Shown here piece by piece: positions 18,137 through 28,539 of a DNA stretch of 64,000 nucleotides. Below the pieces are notes generated by a model that searched no databases, was not told the origin of the DNA, and was given only the letters and a program-made list of their open reading frames with translations. Source of the stretch: an uncultured Fibrobacterota bacterium (GTDB lineage Bacteria; Fibrobacterota; Chitinivibrionia; Chitinivibrionales; FEN-1185); NCBI GenBank assembly GCA_963729895.1, contig CAVSQB010000010.1:1-64000 (forward strand). Reading direction: 5' to 3'. Position 1 is the first letter of the stretch, and each line of letters starts with the position of its first letter. The translations under genes were made by a program, and so were the position numbers.

Positions 18137-20593
18137 TCAGTCGGTGAGGCCGAAACCATATGCGAAGAGCGGAGTTCCGCCGCTTCCGGTAAAATCTCCA
18201 TACGGTTGGCCGCTCGGACCGTACAGCGACCCGACCGGAGCATTGGCGTTTATGGGAACCTGGGCATAGGTTGCGGGCCAGGTGTGCGACAGCTTTCCTG
18301 TGAACTTCTCGCCATTTACAGCAAAGAGAACATCGGCAATGCCCTCGCCTTCGGGCCCGGGCAACCACGCCGCGACCCACGAAGGAACTTTTGCTATGTC
18401 GCTGGTTATGATGAGCGGGCGACCCGAATAAAGCACGACAACAACCGGTTTCCCCGACGCCACGCACTGCGAAATCAAGTTCTGATGCGCTTGGGTGAGG
18501 GTGGAAGGTTGACTGCCGGGAATATCGCCGCCGCCCTCGGCATAAGGCACCTCTCCAACGCAGACCACGACCACATTGGCGGATGCGGGAATATTCGCGG
18601 TCGTTCCCGTTGAATCATAGGTGACCGTGCCCTGACATGCCCCCTGGATAGCTGCCAGCAAGGTTTTGCCGCTGGGCGGGGTCGGACGAGGGTTGTCATC
18701 GTAGGCGCTCGGCCAATCCAGACACCAGCCGCCGCACTGCATCCACATGTCGTTGGCAAAACCTCCTACGACATGCACGTTCGCAGTCGGGCTGATTGGA
18801 AGCGGTTTTGTGCCGTTGAATGCATCGTTCTTGAGCAAAACGAGGGACCTGCGCACGCATTCGCGCGCAACCGCCGTATGTGCTGGACACTTGATAAGAG
18901 AAAGATACGTACGATTTGCAAGGAAATTCTGCATCAGGTTGAGGCGCAGCTTGACGCGAAGGATGCGCTTGCATGCGTCGGCCAGCCGGCCTGCCGCCGC
19001 ACCCTGAACAGCGGTGTTCACGCCGCCGGGGCCCACGCCGTCAGGCTGCATGATATTGTCGAGGCCATCGTTAAAGCTGCCGACCAAGTCATTAGCGGAT
19101 GCGTCCCAGTCGCCCACGACATACCCGTCGAATTTCCACGCGGTCTTGAGCGTATCGGTCAAGAACGGCTTGTTAAAATGCATGGGAACTCCGAGCCACG
19201 AACACATGCCCGCCATGGTGGTGGCAAGGCCGTTTGCAACGGCCGCCTTGAACGGCGGGAGGTGGATACTGCACAAAACAGCATTGGTGCCTGTTGCGCA
19301 GTTGCCCGCGTTTGCGCCGTTTACCGCGCCGCCACCGCCGGCAAAATGCTTTGCCGTTGCGGCTACCACGCATGGTGCGGAAAGATCTGTACCCTGGAAG
19401 CCACGCACGGCGCCTACTACCATGGGAACGGTGGCGTCAGGAGACTCGGCCCAGCCTTCGTAGAAACGTCCCCAGTTTATGCTTCGCGGAATATCCACGA
19501 CCGGAGCAAACGCCCAGTTTATTCCCATGCCGCGCAGCTCGATGGCGGTGATTCTTTCTTCAATTTCGGAAAGAAGCGGGTTGCCCGTGCATCCCATGCC
19601 GACGTTGTGCGGGAACATTGTGCCGCTCGGCGGAGAGATGAATCCATGCACAGCATCAATCGCAACCATCTTAGGCGTGCCTTGGGCTGTTATAGTGGCG
19701 GTTTGCCAGGAATCGCAAAGATTGGCGTCATCCGAACAAGCGGGACCGCCATTGCCAACACCGTAGAAAACGGTCCCCCAATTGTTCAAGTTTCCGCCGT
19801 ATTCAACGCCTTGCGTTACTTGATTGGCTTGCCACTGAACGGATTTGCCGTTCATGATGGAATCGATCTGGGCTTCAATGTCACGGGTGGTTATGGTAAT
19901 ATCCCCTACATCACCCGTGTATGCGCTGACGGGGACCAAAGTCGCAAAATAATTGGTCTTGCCTGCACGAATGGTGTCCACGGCAGCCATTAATTTGGGC
20001 AAAGGGGAACTCTGAACAAAATTGTCCGCCGATGTCATGGCCGCCTTACCGGATTTTCCTGTGTAAAGAAGGGTCTTGGACTCGACCTGCAAACCGTTCG
20101 CCACCTGCACCACATACGTTTGGAAGGCGATATGCTGTTTTACGACCGAGAAGGGGTCAAACCGCCAGGTACCCTTTTCCAAAATGTCGTTGAAAACCGT
20201 TTGAATCTTGCGACCGTCAAGTGAGAACAGTTCAACGGTGATCCTCTGCGTTCCGGAAACATGGAAGTGGATCATGCTGCCCTGGGAACCCAAATTGAGC
20301 GAGGACCCCAAATTGTTTTCGCCAGACTTGTTCCCGTTGACCACTCCTGTCCCCGTGCAATTGTACATCTGGAGGTTCTTGACATCCCAGGTAGCGGGAT
20401 CGATAAGATTGAAACGGCCGTCGGAACACGTGTACGCATACACGAGCCGGTTGTTAATGTTGGTGTACATTACCATTGCATCCACAACGGGGTTGCCTGC
20501 GCCGTCGACCACCCTTCCGGTCACAAGGGCAAAAACCGCTTGCGATGAAAGCAGCATGCTCGCAAGGAACAAAAGACAAAGACGCCTTATCAT
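18137..20593 (-). CDS. Secreted GH3 beta-glucan exohydrolase 3
   Basis: DAVHG, WGRFYEG, KHFAGGG, VVGDW, QCGGW, EVPYAE; ends LFAYGFGLTD like GH3-1. Confidence 0.92.
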   Translation of the reverse strand: MIRRLCLLFLASMLLSSQAVFALVTGRVVDGAGNPVVDAMVMYTNINNRLVYAYTCSDGRFNLIDPATWDVKNLQMYNCTGTGVVNGNKSGENNLGSSLNLGSQGSMIHFHVSGTQRITVELFSLDGRKIQTVFNDILEKGTWRFDPFSVVKQHIAFQTYVVQVANGLQVESKTLLYTGKSGKAAMTSADNFVQSSPLPKLMAAVDTIRAGKTNYFATLVPVSAYTGDVGDITITTRDIEAQIDSIMNGKSVQWQANQVTQGVEYGGNLNNWGTVFYGVGNGGPACSDDANLCDSWQTATITAQGTPKMVAIDAVHGFISPPSGTMFPHNVGMGCTGNPLLSEIEERITAIELRGMGINWAFAPVVDIPRSINWGRFYEGWAESPDATVPMVVGAVRGFQGTDLSAPCVVAATAKHFAGGGGAVNGANAGNCATGTNAVLCSIHLPPFKAAVANGLATTMAGMCSWLGVPMHFNKPFLTDTLKTAWKFDGYVVGDWDASANDLVGSFNDGLDNIMQPDGVGPGGVNTAVQGAAAGRLADACKRILRVKLRLNLMQNFLANRTYLSLIKCPAHTAVARECVRRSLVLLKNDAFNGTKPLPISPTANVHVVGGFANDMWMQCGGWCLDWPSAYDDNPRPTPPSGKTLLAAIQGACQGTVTYDSTGTTANIPASANVVVVCVGEVPYAEGGGDIPGSQPSTLTQAHQNLISQCVASGKPVVVVLYSGRPLIITSDIAKVPSWVAAWLPGPEGEGIADVLFAVNGEKFTGKLSHTWPATYAQVPINANAPVGSLYGPSGQPYGDFTGSGGTPLFAYGFGLTD

Positions 20594-20855
20594 ACTTCCC
20601 CCTGCTCGTTTGAAATTATTGTGAAAAAACAGGAATCACTCTGTGCCACCGAATCCAAAGCGTGTTCCATAAAAATATAAGAACGGCATTGGTGTGCAAA
20701 TAAATATAACGAAAAAAAGACCCCTTTGCCCAAGGTATGTAACCGAATCTTGAAATCGGCTGCCGTGAAAAGGACAAATTGAAGAACCTCGCAGCAAGTT
20801 GCGAGGAAAAGGCCAATGACACAATGTTTAGCGCGAAGCGCTATTACCCGCCTTA

Positions 20856-22169
20856 GCAGGGTGTTGAAAAAGTCTCCCTTTTGTAAACATTTATCCTTAT
20901 ATTATAGGGGAACCCCAACCAAGGAGTATTGATGAGAGGTTCCCAGCCAGCCCAAGGCGGTATGTTCAGCTTCGTTTCTCCGGATTCCCGAGTGCCGGCA
21001 ACACACCCGCTTCGTCGTGTCAAACAGTTTACGGACATAGCGCTGCGCCGCCTTTCTCGTGACTTTGAGGCGATGTACAGCCGGATGGGACGCCCTTCGA
21101 TACCGCCGGAATGGCTTTTGAAAGCACAGATATTGATGGCTTTGTTTTCGATACGGTCGGACCGGTTGTTTTGCGAGATGCTGGACTATAACATTCTGTT
21201 CCGATGGTTTCTTGACATGGATCTGGATGCGGCATCGTTTGATCATAGTGTGTTTTCGAAGAACCGAGATCGACTTATGGAACAGGAGATTGCGCACCGG
21301 CTGATGCAGGAAATCGTGCGTCTTGCTCGTTCCGAAGAGTTGTTGTCCGATGAGCATTTCACGGTTGACGGCACGTTGATTGAAGCCTGGGCATCGATGA
21401 AGAGCTTCAAGCGAAAAGACGCGGAATCGGCGAACAAGACTGACGATGATCGGAGTAATCCGTCGGTTGATTTCCACCATGAGAAGCGAAGCAATGAGAC
21501 ACATCAGAGTTCGACCGATCCAGAGGCGCGGTTGGCTCGGAAGAACAAGAGAACGGGAGCGCAGCTGGCGTATTCCGGTCACGTGCTGATGGAAAACCGA
21601 AATGGGTTGTGTGTTGATATCGCCATTGCGCCAGCGACGGGGACAGCGGAACGGGATATGGCGCTTGAGCTGATAAAGCATGAACGCAGGCGCGGAAAAC
21701 GCCGGATGAAGACGGTGGGTGCAGACAAAGGGTATCATGCAACCGAATTTATCAAGAGCCTGCGACGCCTGCACGTGAAGCCTCACATTGCCGAGAAGGC
21801 CAACACTTCGCTTAAAGGGTTGGATGGAAGAACGACTCGGCATAAGGGATACAGCGTAAGTCAACGGAAACGAAAACGGGTTGAAGAGATATTTGGGTGG
21901 ATCAAGAGCGTCGGTGGCCTGCGGAAAACTCGGGTAAGAGGAATACGAATCAACCAGACTGTTGCCTACGTGGTTGCCGCAGCGTACAACTTGATACGCA
22001 TGGTTAAGTTGATGCCGCAAACGGTGGGGGCAGCATGAGAATGGCCTGGGAATCCGGGGAAATGCCTCGGAACGAGGCAGGTAAAACCTCTCTGACATAT
22101 GTAAAGTTGAAGTTAGGTTCATAAAAAATCAACAAGAGCGCTTCTGTTAGGACTATTTCAACAACCTGC
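20856..22169 (+). mobile_element. IS5-family insertion sequence, copy 2 (1314 bp, TA duplication)
   Basis: Left IR GCAGGGTGTTGAAAAAGTC versus right IR reverse complement GCAGGTTGTTGAAATAGTC; TA at 20854-20855 and 22170-22171. Confidence 0.95.
20929..22038 (+). CDS. IS5-family DDE transposase
   Basis: Identical to the 70-1179 protein except DPEARL (copy 1 has DPEALL). Confidence 0.95.
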   Translation: MMRGSQPAQGGMFSFVSPDSRVPATHPLRRVKQFTDIALRRLSRDFEAMYSRMGRPSIPPEWLLKAQILMALFSIRSDRLFCEMLDYNILFRWFLDMDLDAASFDHSVFSKNRDRLMEQEIAHRLMQEIVRLARSEELLSDEHFTVDGTLIEAWASMKSFKRKDAESANKTDDDRSNPSVDFHHEKRSNETHQSSTDPEARLARKNKRTGAQLAYSGHVLMENRNGLCVDIAIAPATGTAERDMALELIKHERRRGKRRMKTVGADKGYHATEFIKSLRRLHVKPHIAEKANTSLKGLDGRTTRHKGYSVSQRKRKRVEEIFGWIKSVGGLRKTRVRGIRINQTVAYVVAAAYNLIRMVKLMPQTVGAA

Positions 22170-22406
22170 TAGGGAATGAAATGACAATCTTTCATCCCTA
22201 TGGAAAAGGACATATCTACAGTCGCTCGCCAGGGGATTCAGCTGGAGACAATATCAAAATGCCGGAATGCTACTCACCCTGGTATGCCGTTCACTGGTGT
22301 GAACACCATGATAACTAATTCCTGGCAAAAACGGTGTGATTGTGCTATATTCTGTTCACAGAACCATCTCGCACTCTTGCTTGCCTCACTGAGGTTGCCG
22401 GCTCAC

Positions 22407-23246
22407 ATGGTCAATATTTTTGAATACCAGAACTACAGGCTTTACCTTCGTGATTACTACAACGATCAAAAAACTACAAAACGTTATTTTTCCTACCGCT
22501 ACTTTTCGAAAAGGGCCGGAATCAATGCTTCAGCCTTCCTTTATTATGTAATTGAAGGCAAGAGAAACCTTACCAAGAAAAGCATCGACAAGATTTCCGC
22601 AGCAATCGGCCACACAAAGGATGAGAACGAGTATTTCGAGAACCTTGTCTTTTTTAATCAGGCCAAAAAGATCTCCGAAAAGACAATGTACTACAGCCGT
22701 ATCGTGGAGTGCCGCAGGCCGATTGACATAAAGACAATAGACAAGGACAGGTACGAGTTTTACAGAAGGTGGTATCACAGCGTCATACGCGAAATCGTCA
22801 CCATGGTGGACTTTCACGACGATTTTGCCCTGCTCGCATCCCGGCTCACGCCCGCAATAACCGGAAAAGAAGCTCAAGAGTCAATAGCCCTTCTCGAACG
22901 GCTCGGGTTTCTCGAACGAGACGAAAAAGGACTGTATCATCAGACCGACAACGTCATTTCCGTGAGGCCCGACGCAACCGAAGCGTTCGTTGTGGAAAGA
23001 TTCCAGTGCGAGATGCTCGACATGGCCCTCAAAGCGTACGACCTTGTCCCCCGCAGGGACCGGATGAGTGCATCCACAACGTTCAGTATTTCAAACACCA
23101 CATTCGACCTGTTCAAGATGAAAACGCGCGAATTCCGAAAGGAACTGCTCGAAATCGCTCGGCTGGACAATGAACCCGAGCGCGTATACCAGTTCACCTT
23201 CAACTTGTTTCCGGTGAGCCGGAGCGCACATGAAAACAAGAAATAG
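22407..23246 (+). CDS. TIGR02147/DUF4423-family HTH protein (Fibrobacter-type paralogous regulator family)
   Basis: Starts MVNIFEYQNYRLYLRDYY; FSYR.FS..AG HTH region; WYHSVIRE; ends VYQFTFNLFPVS. GAGG RBS at 22391; TGcTATATT extended -10-like at 22343-22351. Confidence 0.85.
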   Translation: MVNIFEYQNYRLYLRDYYNDQKTTKRYFSYRYFSKRAGINASAFLYYVIEGKRNLTKKSIDKISAAIGHTKDENEYFENLVFFNQAKKISEKTMYYSRIVECRRPIDIKTIDKDRYEFYRRWYHSVIREIVTMVDFHDDFALLASRLTPAITGKEAQESIALLERLGFLERDEKGLYHQTDNVISVRPDATEAFVVERFQCEMLDMALKAYDLVPRRDRMSASTTFSISNTTFDLFKMKTREFRKELLEIARLDNEPERVYQFTFNLFPVSRSAHENKK

Positions 23247-23925
23247 GTATTTACGACGCCCCGCAATCCCCGGAGCGTCGCAAACTGTCGATGCAGTGAA
23301 AGAAAGAGGGGGGGGCTCTTTTCTTTTGCTCAAGGCGGGGTCTCTCCTCATCCGAAGAGAGACTCTGCCCATCTTATGCGGATTGCGGACGAAGAATGGA
23401 GAACATTTCGGCTGTTGAAAGAAGCGTTCTGCGGGGAGGGAGAAATTCCCATGTGCGCATGGGGGGGAGGAGAAAGGAGCGTTCATCGCATGCCTGAGGC
23501 AGAGCATGAGCGCTCCGAGTATCCTTTTTGCAAAAGAGCGAAGATGTGCGATACATACTGGGCGCACGCCGAGAATCATGCATCGCAGTATGCGTTCAAT
23601 GTTGACAAGGGAGATGCGGTTGTTCCGGAACGGGAAGAGGATACCGGGGCGCTCGGTGCCGGTTTCATTGCCATGCGAGCGCCTTTGTATCTTTTTCTTC
23701 GTGCGAAATCGGACCAGAACGGACTTTTCAAAGGCGGTCGCCAAGATTTCCATGCACTTGATAGGCCCGGTTTTCCCCATAAATCCGGGGCCAATCCGCT
23801 CAATTATTGAGTATATTCTGTGAGGATAGGAAAAAAAAAGGCAGACCGAAAAGAATGTAAACAGGAATAGGGCTGCCTGCGTTAATCATCCAAAAGTTTC
23901 ACTTAAAATCCGGGAGGGGGTTACG

Positions 23926-26331
23926 ATGAAGAAGGTACTTTTCGCGCTTGCGGTTGTTGCCATGTTGGCTGGCTCGTCAAGCGCTTTGGTGACAGGTCAA
24001 GTTGTGGATGGAAACGGCACGCCGGTCGGCGATGCAATGGTCTACTATACCAGCTTCGCCAACAGGATGGTCTATGTTTATTCAAAGTCGGACGGCAGCT
24101 TCTGTATTCCATCTCCGACCGAATGGAGCCTGAGCGATCCTCCGATGTACAAGTCATGCGTAACCCAGGTTCACCTGTTCCCGCAATCACAAACACTCTC
24201 GTCCAGTTTTTTTGCACAGCAAAAAGGACCAAACCTCGTCTTCTATGTCGGCAAGGCAAATTCAAAGGTCACCGCGGATCTGTATTCGCTTTCCGGAAGG
24301 CGCGTTGCAAGAGTGCTCGACGAAGTCGTTTCCAATGGCAACTATTCTTTTAATCCTTTTATCGGCCGCAACGGCCTCGTCTCCCAGCAGATGTACATCG
24401 TCCGTCTGGGCGATGGGACGAAAACCGAATCCATTCGCATGATGCATCTTGGCATGGATCAGGCGGGCAATTCCTTTCGGGGAACAGGAACGAGTTCGGC
24501 CCCGCACCTGGCCAAGGTGGAGGCAATTGACGGTCTGAGAGTCGGCAAAACCGGTTACAAGCCGGCAATCGTGAATCTCAACACCTATGCCGATAATGTA
24601 GGCCCTGTTGCTATTACGGCAATCAACATCGAAGGGAAAGTCGACAGTATTCTCGCTTTGATGACCCTTGACGAAAAGGTAGGCCAAACGGTCCAGTGTA
24701 CAAACGTCGGCCAAATATCAGCGAATTTCGCGGGCTCCTATCTCAAAGGAAACGCCTATGCCGACCAGCAAGCCGACCAGAATGCCGCAATGTCCTCCGG
24801 CGCAAAAATCCCTGTCACCGTGGGCACGGATTACGTCCACGGCGGACCAATGATTTACTACCCGCATAATGTGGGGCTTGCCACAGGCGCAGACACTCTC
24901 CTTATCGAACTCGCATACCGCCAGTGTGCGATGTGCTGCAAAGTCGGGAACAACATGAACTTTGCTCCGGTCATGGACGTTCCGCGAAACGACAAGAACG
25001 GCCGCGTATACGAAGGCTGGGGCGAAAACGTTGATGCCACGGCGCACTTTGCCCGAGCCGCGGTGCGCGGAGTCCAGGGAACCGATATTTCGTCCGACTA
25101 TACCATGATTGCAACCTGCAAGCATTTCGCCGGCGCAGGCGGGACGCAGGACGGGCAAATGCATGTTTGCGCAAACACGGGCACATGGCCCGTATTGTGC
25201 AGGATTCATCTGCCCCAATTCCATGCGGCAGTCAATGCCGGTGCCCAAGCGGTAATGACTTCATACAACCAGTTTCCCACATCACCAACGGACGATTCAT
25301 GCACTGCCATGACCATGCACCAAGTCCTCCTTACCGATACTCTCAAGAATGGCTGGGGATTTGACGGATTTGTGCTGTCGGACTGGGACATGGGCACGGA
25401 TGCGAGCGTGGGCGGCATCACCCAGGGTCCGATCAACGCAATAGCAGCAGGCTTGGATGTGTCCATGCAGCCGGATAACACGCTCCAGTTTCTTTCCGCA
25501 GTAAAAGGCGCGGTAGGCGGCCAAATTCCCCAGGCGAGACTCGACGACGCTGTAAAGAGATCCCTGCGGGTAAAATTGAGAATGAACCTCTTTGCCACCC
25601 CGATGCCGAATCAGCAATTGGCAAACGTACTTTCGGACCCCGTATACCGGGCAGTGGCGCGAGCATGTGCACGCAAGTCAATCGTGCTGCTTAAGAATGA
25701 TAATGCTACCCTGCCCTTGAAGAAAACAGGTAAAATCCATGTAGTTGGCCCCTGGGCGGACAACCTGGGCGTGCAATGCGGCGGGTGGTCGGAAACAGGC
25801 GGCGACGCATGGCAAGGTTCAACCACCGCTCATGGAATTGCAGGAGCCACCACGATCCTTCAGGGTTTGCAGGCCGAAATAGGCGCCACCGGCAGGATCG
25901 ACTATGGCACCGATGCCACGAACATTCCGACTGACGCAGATGTGGTGGTTTGCGTCGTAGGAGAAACTCCCTATGCTGAAGACGCGGGTTACAGAACGGA
26001 CATCACGCTTGCGGCGGATCAGATAGCCTTGGTGCATTCCTGTGCCGCTTCCGGAAAACCTGTGGTGACTATTCTTCTCACCGGCAGGCCGAATGCCCTC
26101 AGCACGATTCCCGCAGACAGCAAAGCCCTCGTTGCCGCATGGCTGCCCGGAACCGAAGGTGAAGGCGTGACGGACGTTTTATACGGGGATTACAATTTTG
26201 TGGGTAAGCTCCCCTACACCTGGCCGGCAAATAACAACCAGGAGCCCATTAATGAAGGGAACATGGGCGATGCGGTTGGCCCCGACACGAGTGCTCCGCT
26301 GTACCCCTATGGGTACGGCCTCACGTACTAA
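23926..26331 (+). CDS. Secreted GH3 beta-glucan exohydrolase 4
   Basis: DYVHG, GRVYEG, KHFAG, VLSDW, QCGGW, ETPYAE; GGAGG RBS. Confidence 0.92.
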   Translation: MKKVLFALAVVAMLAGSSSALVTGQVVDGNGTPVGDAMVYYTSFANRMVYVYSKSDGSFCIPSPTEWSLSDPPMYKSCVTQVHLFPQSQTLSSSFFAQQKGPNLVFYVGKANSKVTADLYSLSGRRVARVLDEVVSNGNYSFNPFIGRNGLVSQQMYIVRLGDGTKTESIRMMHLGMDQAGNSFRGTGTSSAPHLAKVEAIDGLRVGKTGYKPAIVNLNTYADNVGPVAITAINIEGKVDSILALMTLDEKVGQTVQCTNVGQISANFAGSYLKGNAYADQQADQNAAMSSGAKIPVTVGTDYVHGGPMIYYPHNVGLATGADTLLIELAYRQCAMCCKVGNNMNFAPVMDVPRNDKNGRVYEGWGENVDATAHFARAAVRGVQGTDISSDYTMIATCKHFAGAGGTQDGQMHVCANTGTWPVLCRIHLPQFHAAVNAGAQAVMTSYNQFPTSPTDDSCTAMTMHQVLLTDTLKNGWGFDGFVLSDWDMGTDASVGGITQGPINAIAAGLDVSMQPDNTLQFLSAVKGAVGGQIPQARLDDAVKRSLRVKLRMNLFATPMPNQQLANVLSDPVYRAVARACARKSIVLLKNDNATLPLKKTGKIHVVGPWADNLGVQCGGWSETGGDAWQGSTTAHGIAGATTILQGLQAEIGATGRIDYGTDATNIPTDADVVVCVVGETPYAEDAGYRTDITLAADQIALVHSCAASGKPVVTILLTGRPNALSTIPADSKALVAAWLPGTEGEGVTDVLYGDYNFVGKLPYTWPANNNQEPINEGNMGDAVGPDTSAPLYPYGYGLTY

Positions 26332-26359
26332 CCGCTTTTCGTAAAATCCCGGCTTTTTC

Positions 26360-26390
26360 AAGGCCGCGCCGCGGGGCGCGGCCTTTTTTT
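26360..26390 (+). terminator. Intrinsic terminator after GH3-4
   Basis: AAGGCCGCGCC-gcgg-GGCGCGGCCTT followed by a T tract. Confidence 0.88.
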
Positions 26391-26497
26391 ATCAAGAGGC
26401 ATGTTTTTTCCATTCGCCATCCGCGCTACAAGATACCGGCATACGTCGCACCTGTTTCAAAGTATTTTCTCCCGTAACCGGGGATAAAAACAATCCG

Positions 26498-28519
26498 ATG
26501 CAAACCCAAGATCCCTTTACCGAACTCAACCCGCAGCAGCGCGAAGCGGTCTTCTTTGGCGACGGCCCGCTTCTCGTGGTTGCCGGGGCGGGAAGCGGCA
26601 AGACAAAGACCCTTGCCTTTCGCGTGGCGCATTTGATAGCCGCGGGAACAAGCCCGGAACGAATCCTGCTGCTCACCTTTACGAGGCGCGCTGCAAAGGA
26701 AATGCTTTCCCGGGCCGCTGCCGCGTTGGGTAACGATTCGCCCCTTGCCGCGCAAGTGTGGGGCGGCACGTTCCATGCCATGGCCAATCGCCTCCTGCGC
26801 ACCTACGGCCGGGCGATTTCCCTGCCTCCCGAGTTCACCATTCTTGACCAATCGGACAGCGAGGACATGCTCGACCTTGTGCGCCACAAGCGCATCGACG
26901 CGGCGGCAAAGGGCCGTTTCCCCCGCAAAGGCACGCTGCAGGCCATCTATTCGCGGAAAATGAATTCCGGCGAGGATCTTGGTTTCATCCTGAAAGACCT
27001 CTTTCCGTGGTGCGAGCGGTGGGAAAAGGAGATCAAGGCGATTTACGGGGATTATGTGGAACTCAAACAGAAGCGCAGCATCCTCGACTACGACGACCTG
27101 CTCCTCTACTGGTATTATCTCCTGGAAGACAAGAGGACGGCTGACGTCATCGGCTCGCGTTTCGATCATATCCTTGTCGACGAATACCAGGACACCAACA
27201 AACTCCAAGCCGACATCCTTGTGCGCATGCGCGCGGCGAAGAAGAACATCATGGCGGTAGGCGACGACGCGCAGAGCATTTACGGGTTCAGGGCGGCCAC
27301 GATACGCAATATGCTCGACTTCCCCTCTCTCTTTCCGGGCGCGCGCGTCGTGGCCCTCGAACAGAATTACCGGTCTACCAACCAGATTCTTGCCACTACA
27401 AACCGGCTCATCGCCCAGGCGTCGGCACGATATTCCAAGACGCTCTTTTCCACGCGGCGCGAAGGAGCTCTTCCCCAGCTTGTCACCTGCAAAGACGAGG
27501 AATGTGAAGCTGATTTTGTCGTCCGGCGCGTTTTGGAGCACTTTGAGCAGGGCGTCGCGCTGCGCAATCAGGCAGTGCTGTTCAGGGCCGGGTCGCACTC
27601 GGCGACGCTCGAAATCGCCCTGATGAAGAAGAACATTCCGTTCCGCAAATACGGCGGGCTCAAGTTCCTCGAGGCCGCTCATGTCAAGGACTTCATCGCA
27701 TTTATCCGCATTGTGGAGAACCTGCGCGACGAAATGGCATGGTACAGGGTCCTCAATCTTTTTGAGGGCGTGGGTCCGGCCACGGCGGGCGCAGCGTTCG
27801 AACACTTGGCAAAAAACAACTTCGCCGTGGATTCTCTCGGGTCCTTTCCGCTCCCTTGTCCCGTGGAGCGAGAGGTGCGCGGGCTGTGGGACCTGATCCG
27901 GGAAAATTCGGGGCCGCAGGCGCCGGACCTCGGCAGTCAGTTGGAACGCATTGCGGCGTTCTATTCGCCCCTGTTAAACGACACCTACGAAAACCCGAAA
28001 CCGCGGCACAGCGACATCGAGCACATCGTGGCGCTTTCGTCCGGTTACTCGTCGCGGTCGCAGTTCATCGCGGACCTTATTCTTGACCCGCCGGCGTCAA
28101 CCAGCGACCTTGCGGGCCCGCCGCATCGCGACGAAGACTATCTCATTTTGTCTACCATCCATTCTGCAAAGGGGTGCGAATGGGACGCCGTGTACCTCAT
28201 CCACGCCGCCGACGGCTGCCTGCCGTCCGATATGTCAACAGACAGCGCGGACAACATCGAGGAAGAGTTGCGCCTCGCGTATGTGGCCATGACGCGCGCC
28301 CGCGATTACCTGTGTGTGCTGTGGCCCCTGCGGTTTTACACCCATCCCGCGGGCAATTCCGACCGCCACGTGTACTCGCAGTGCAGCCGGTTCTTTTCCA
28401 AGGACGTCCGGGAATCTATGGAACTCCTCACCTGCGGCCAGGAGCCAAAGGAAGACGCACCCGACATACCCGGGCCGCCTATTGATATTCGCAACAAGAT
28501 GAAAGAGATGTGGAAATAG
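26498..28519 (+). CDS. UvrD/PcrA-family SF1 ATP-dependent helicase
   Basis: AGAGSGKT, DEYQD, VGDDAQSIY, LEQNYRS, STIHSAKGCEW, EEELRLAYVAMTRA. Confidence 0.95.
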   Translation: MQTQDPFTELNPQQREAVFFGDGPLLVVAGAGSGKTKTLAFRVAHLIAAGTSPERILLLTFTRRAAKEMLSRAAAALGNDSPLAAQVWGGTFHAMANRLLRTYGRAISLPPEFTILDQSDSEDMLDLVRHKRIDAAAKGRFPRKGTLQAIYSRKMNSGEDLGFILKDLFPWCERWEKEIKAIYGDYVELKQKRSILDYDDLLLYWYYLLEDKRTADVIGSRFDHILVDEYQDTNKLQADILVRMRAAKKNIMAVGDDAQSIYGFRAATIRNMLDFPSLFPGARVVALEQNYRSTNQILATTNRLIAQASARYSKTLFSTRREGALPQLVTCKDEECEADFVVRRVLEHFEQGVALRNQAVLFRAGSHSATLEIALMKKNIPFRKYGGLKFLEAAHVKDFIAFIRIVENLRDEMAWYRVLNLFEGVGPATAGAAFEHLAKNNFAVDSLGSFPLPCPVEREVRGLWDLIRENSGPQAPDLGSQLERIAAFYSPLLNDTYENPKPRHSDIEHIVALSSGYSSRSQFIADLILDPPASTSDLAGPPHRDEDYLILSTIHSAKGCEWDAVYLIHAADGCLPSDMSTDSADNIEEELRLAYVAMTRARDYLCVLWPLRFYTHPAGNSDRHVYSQCSRFFSKDVRESMELLTCGQEPKEDAPDIPGPPIDIRNKMKEMWK

Positions 28520-28539
28520 CTGGAGAGTACAAAGATAAG

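Noticed and set aside
22335..22360. TGTGA...TCACA near the TIGR02147 promoter
   Set aside because: Spacer is 16 bp rather than 6, so it is not a CRP-type box.
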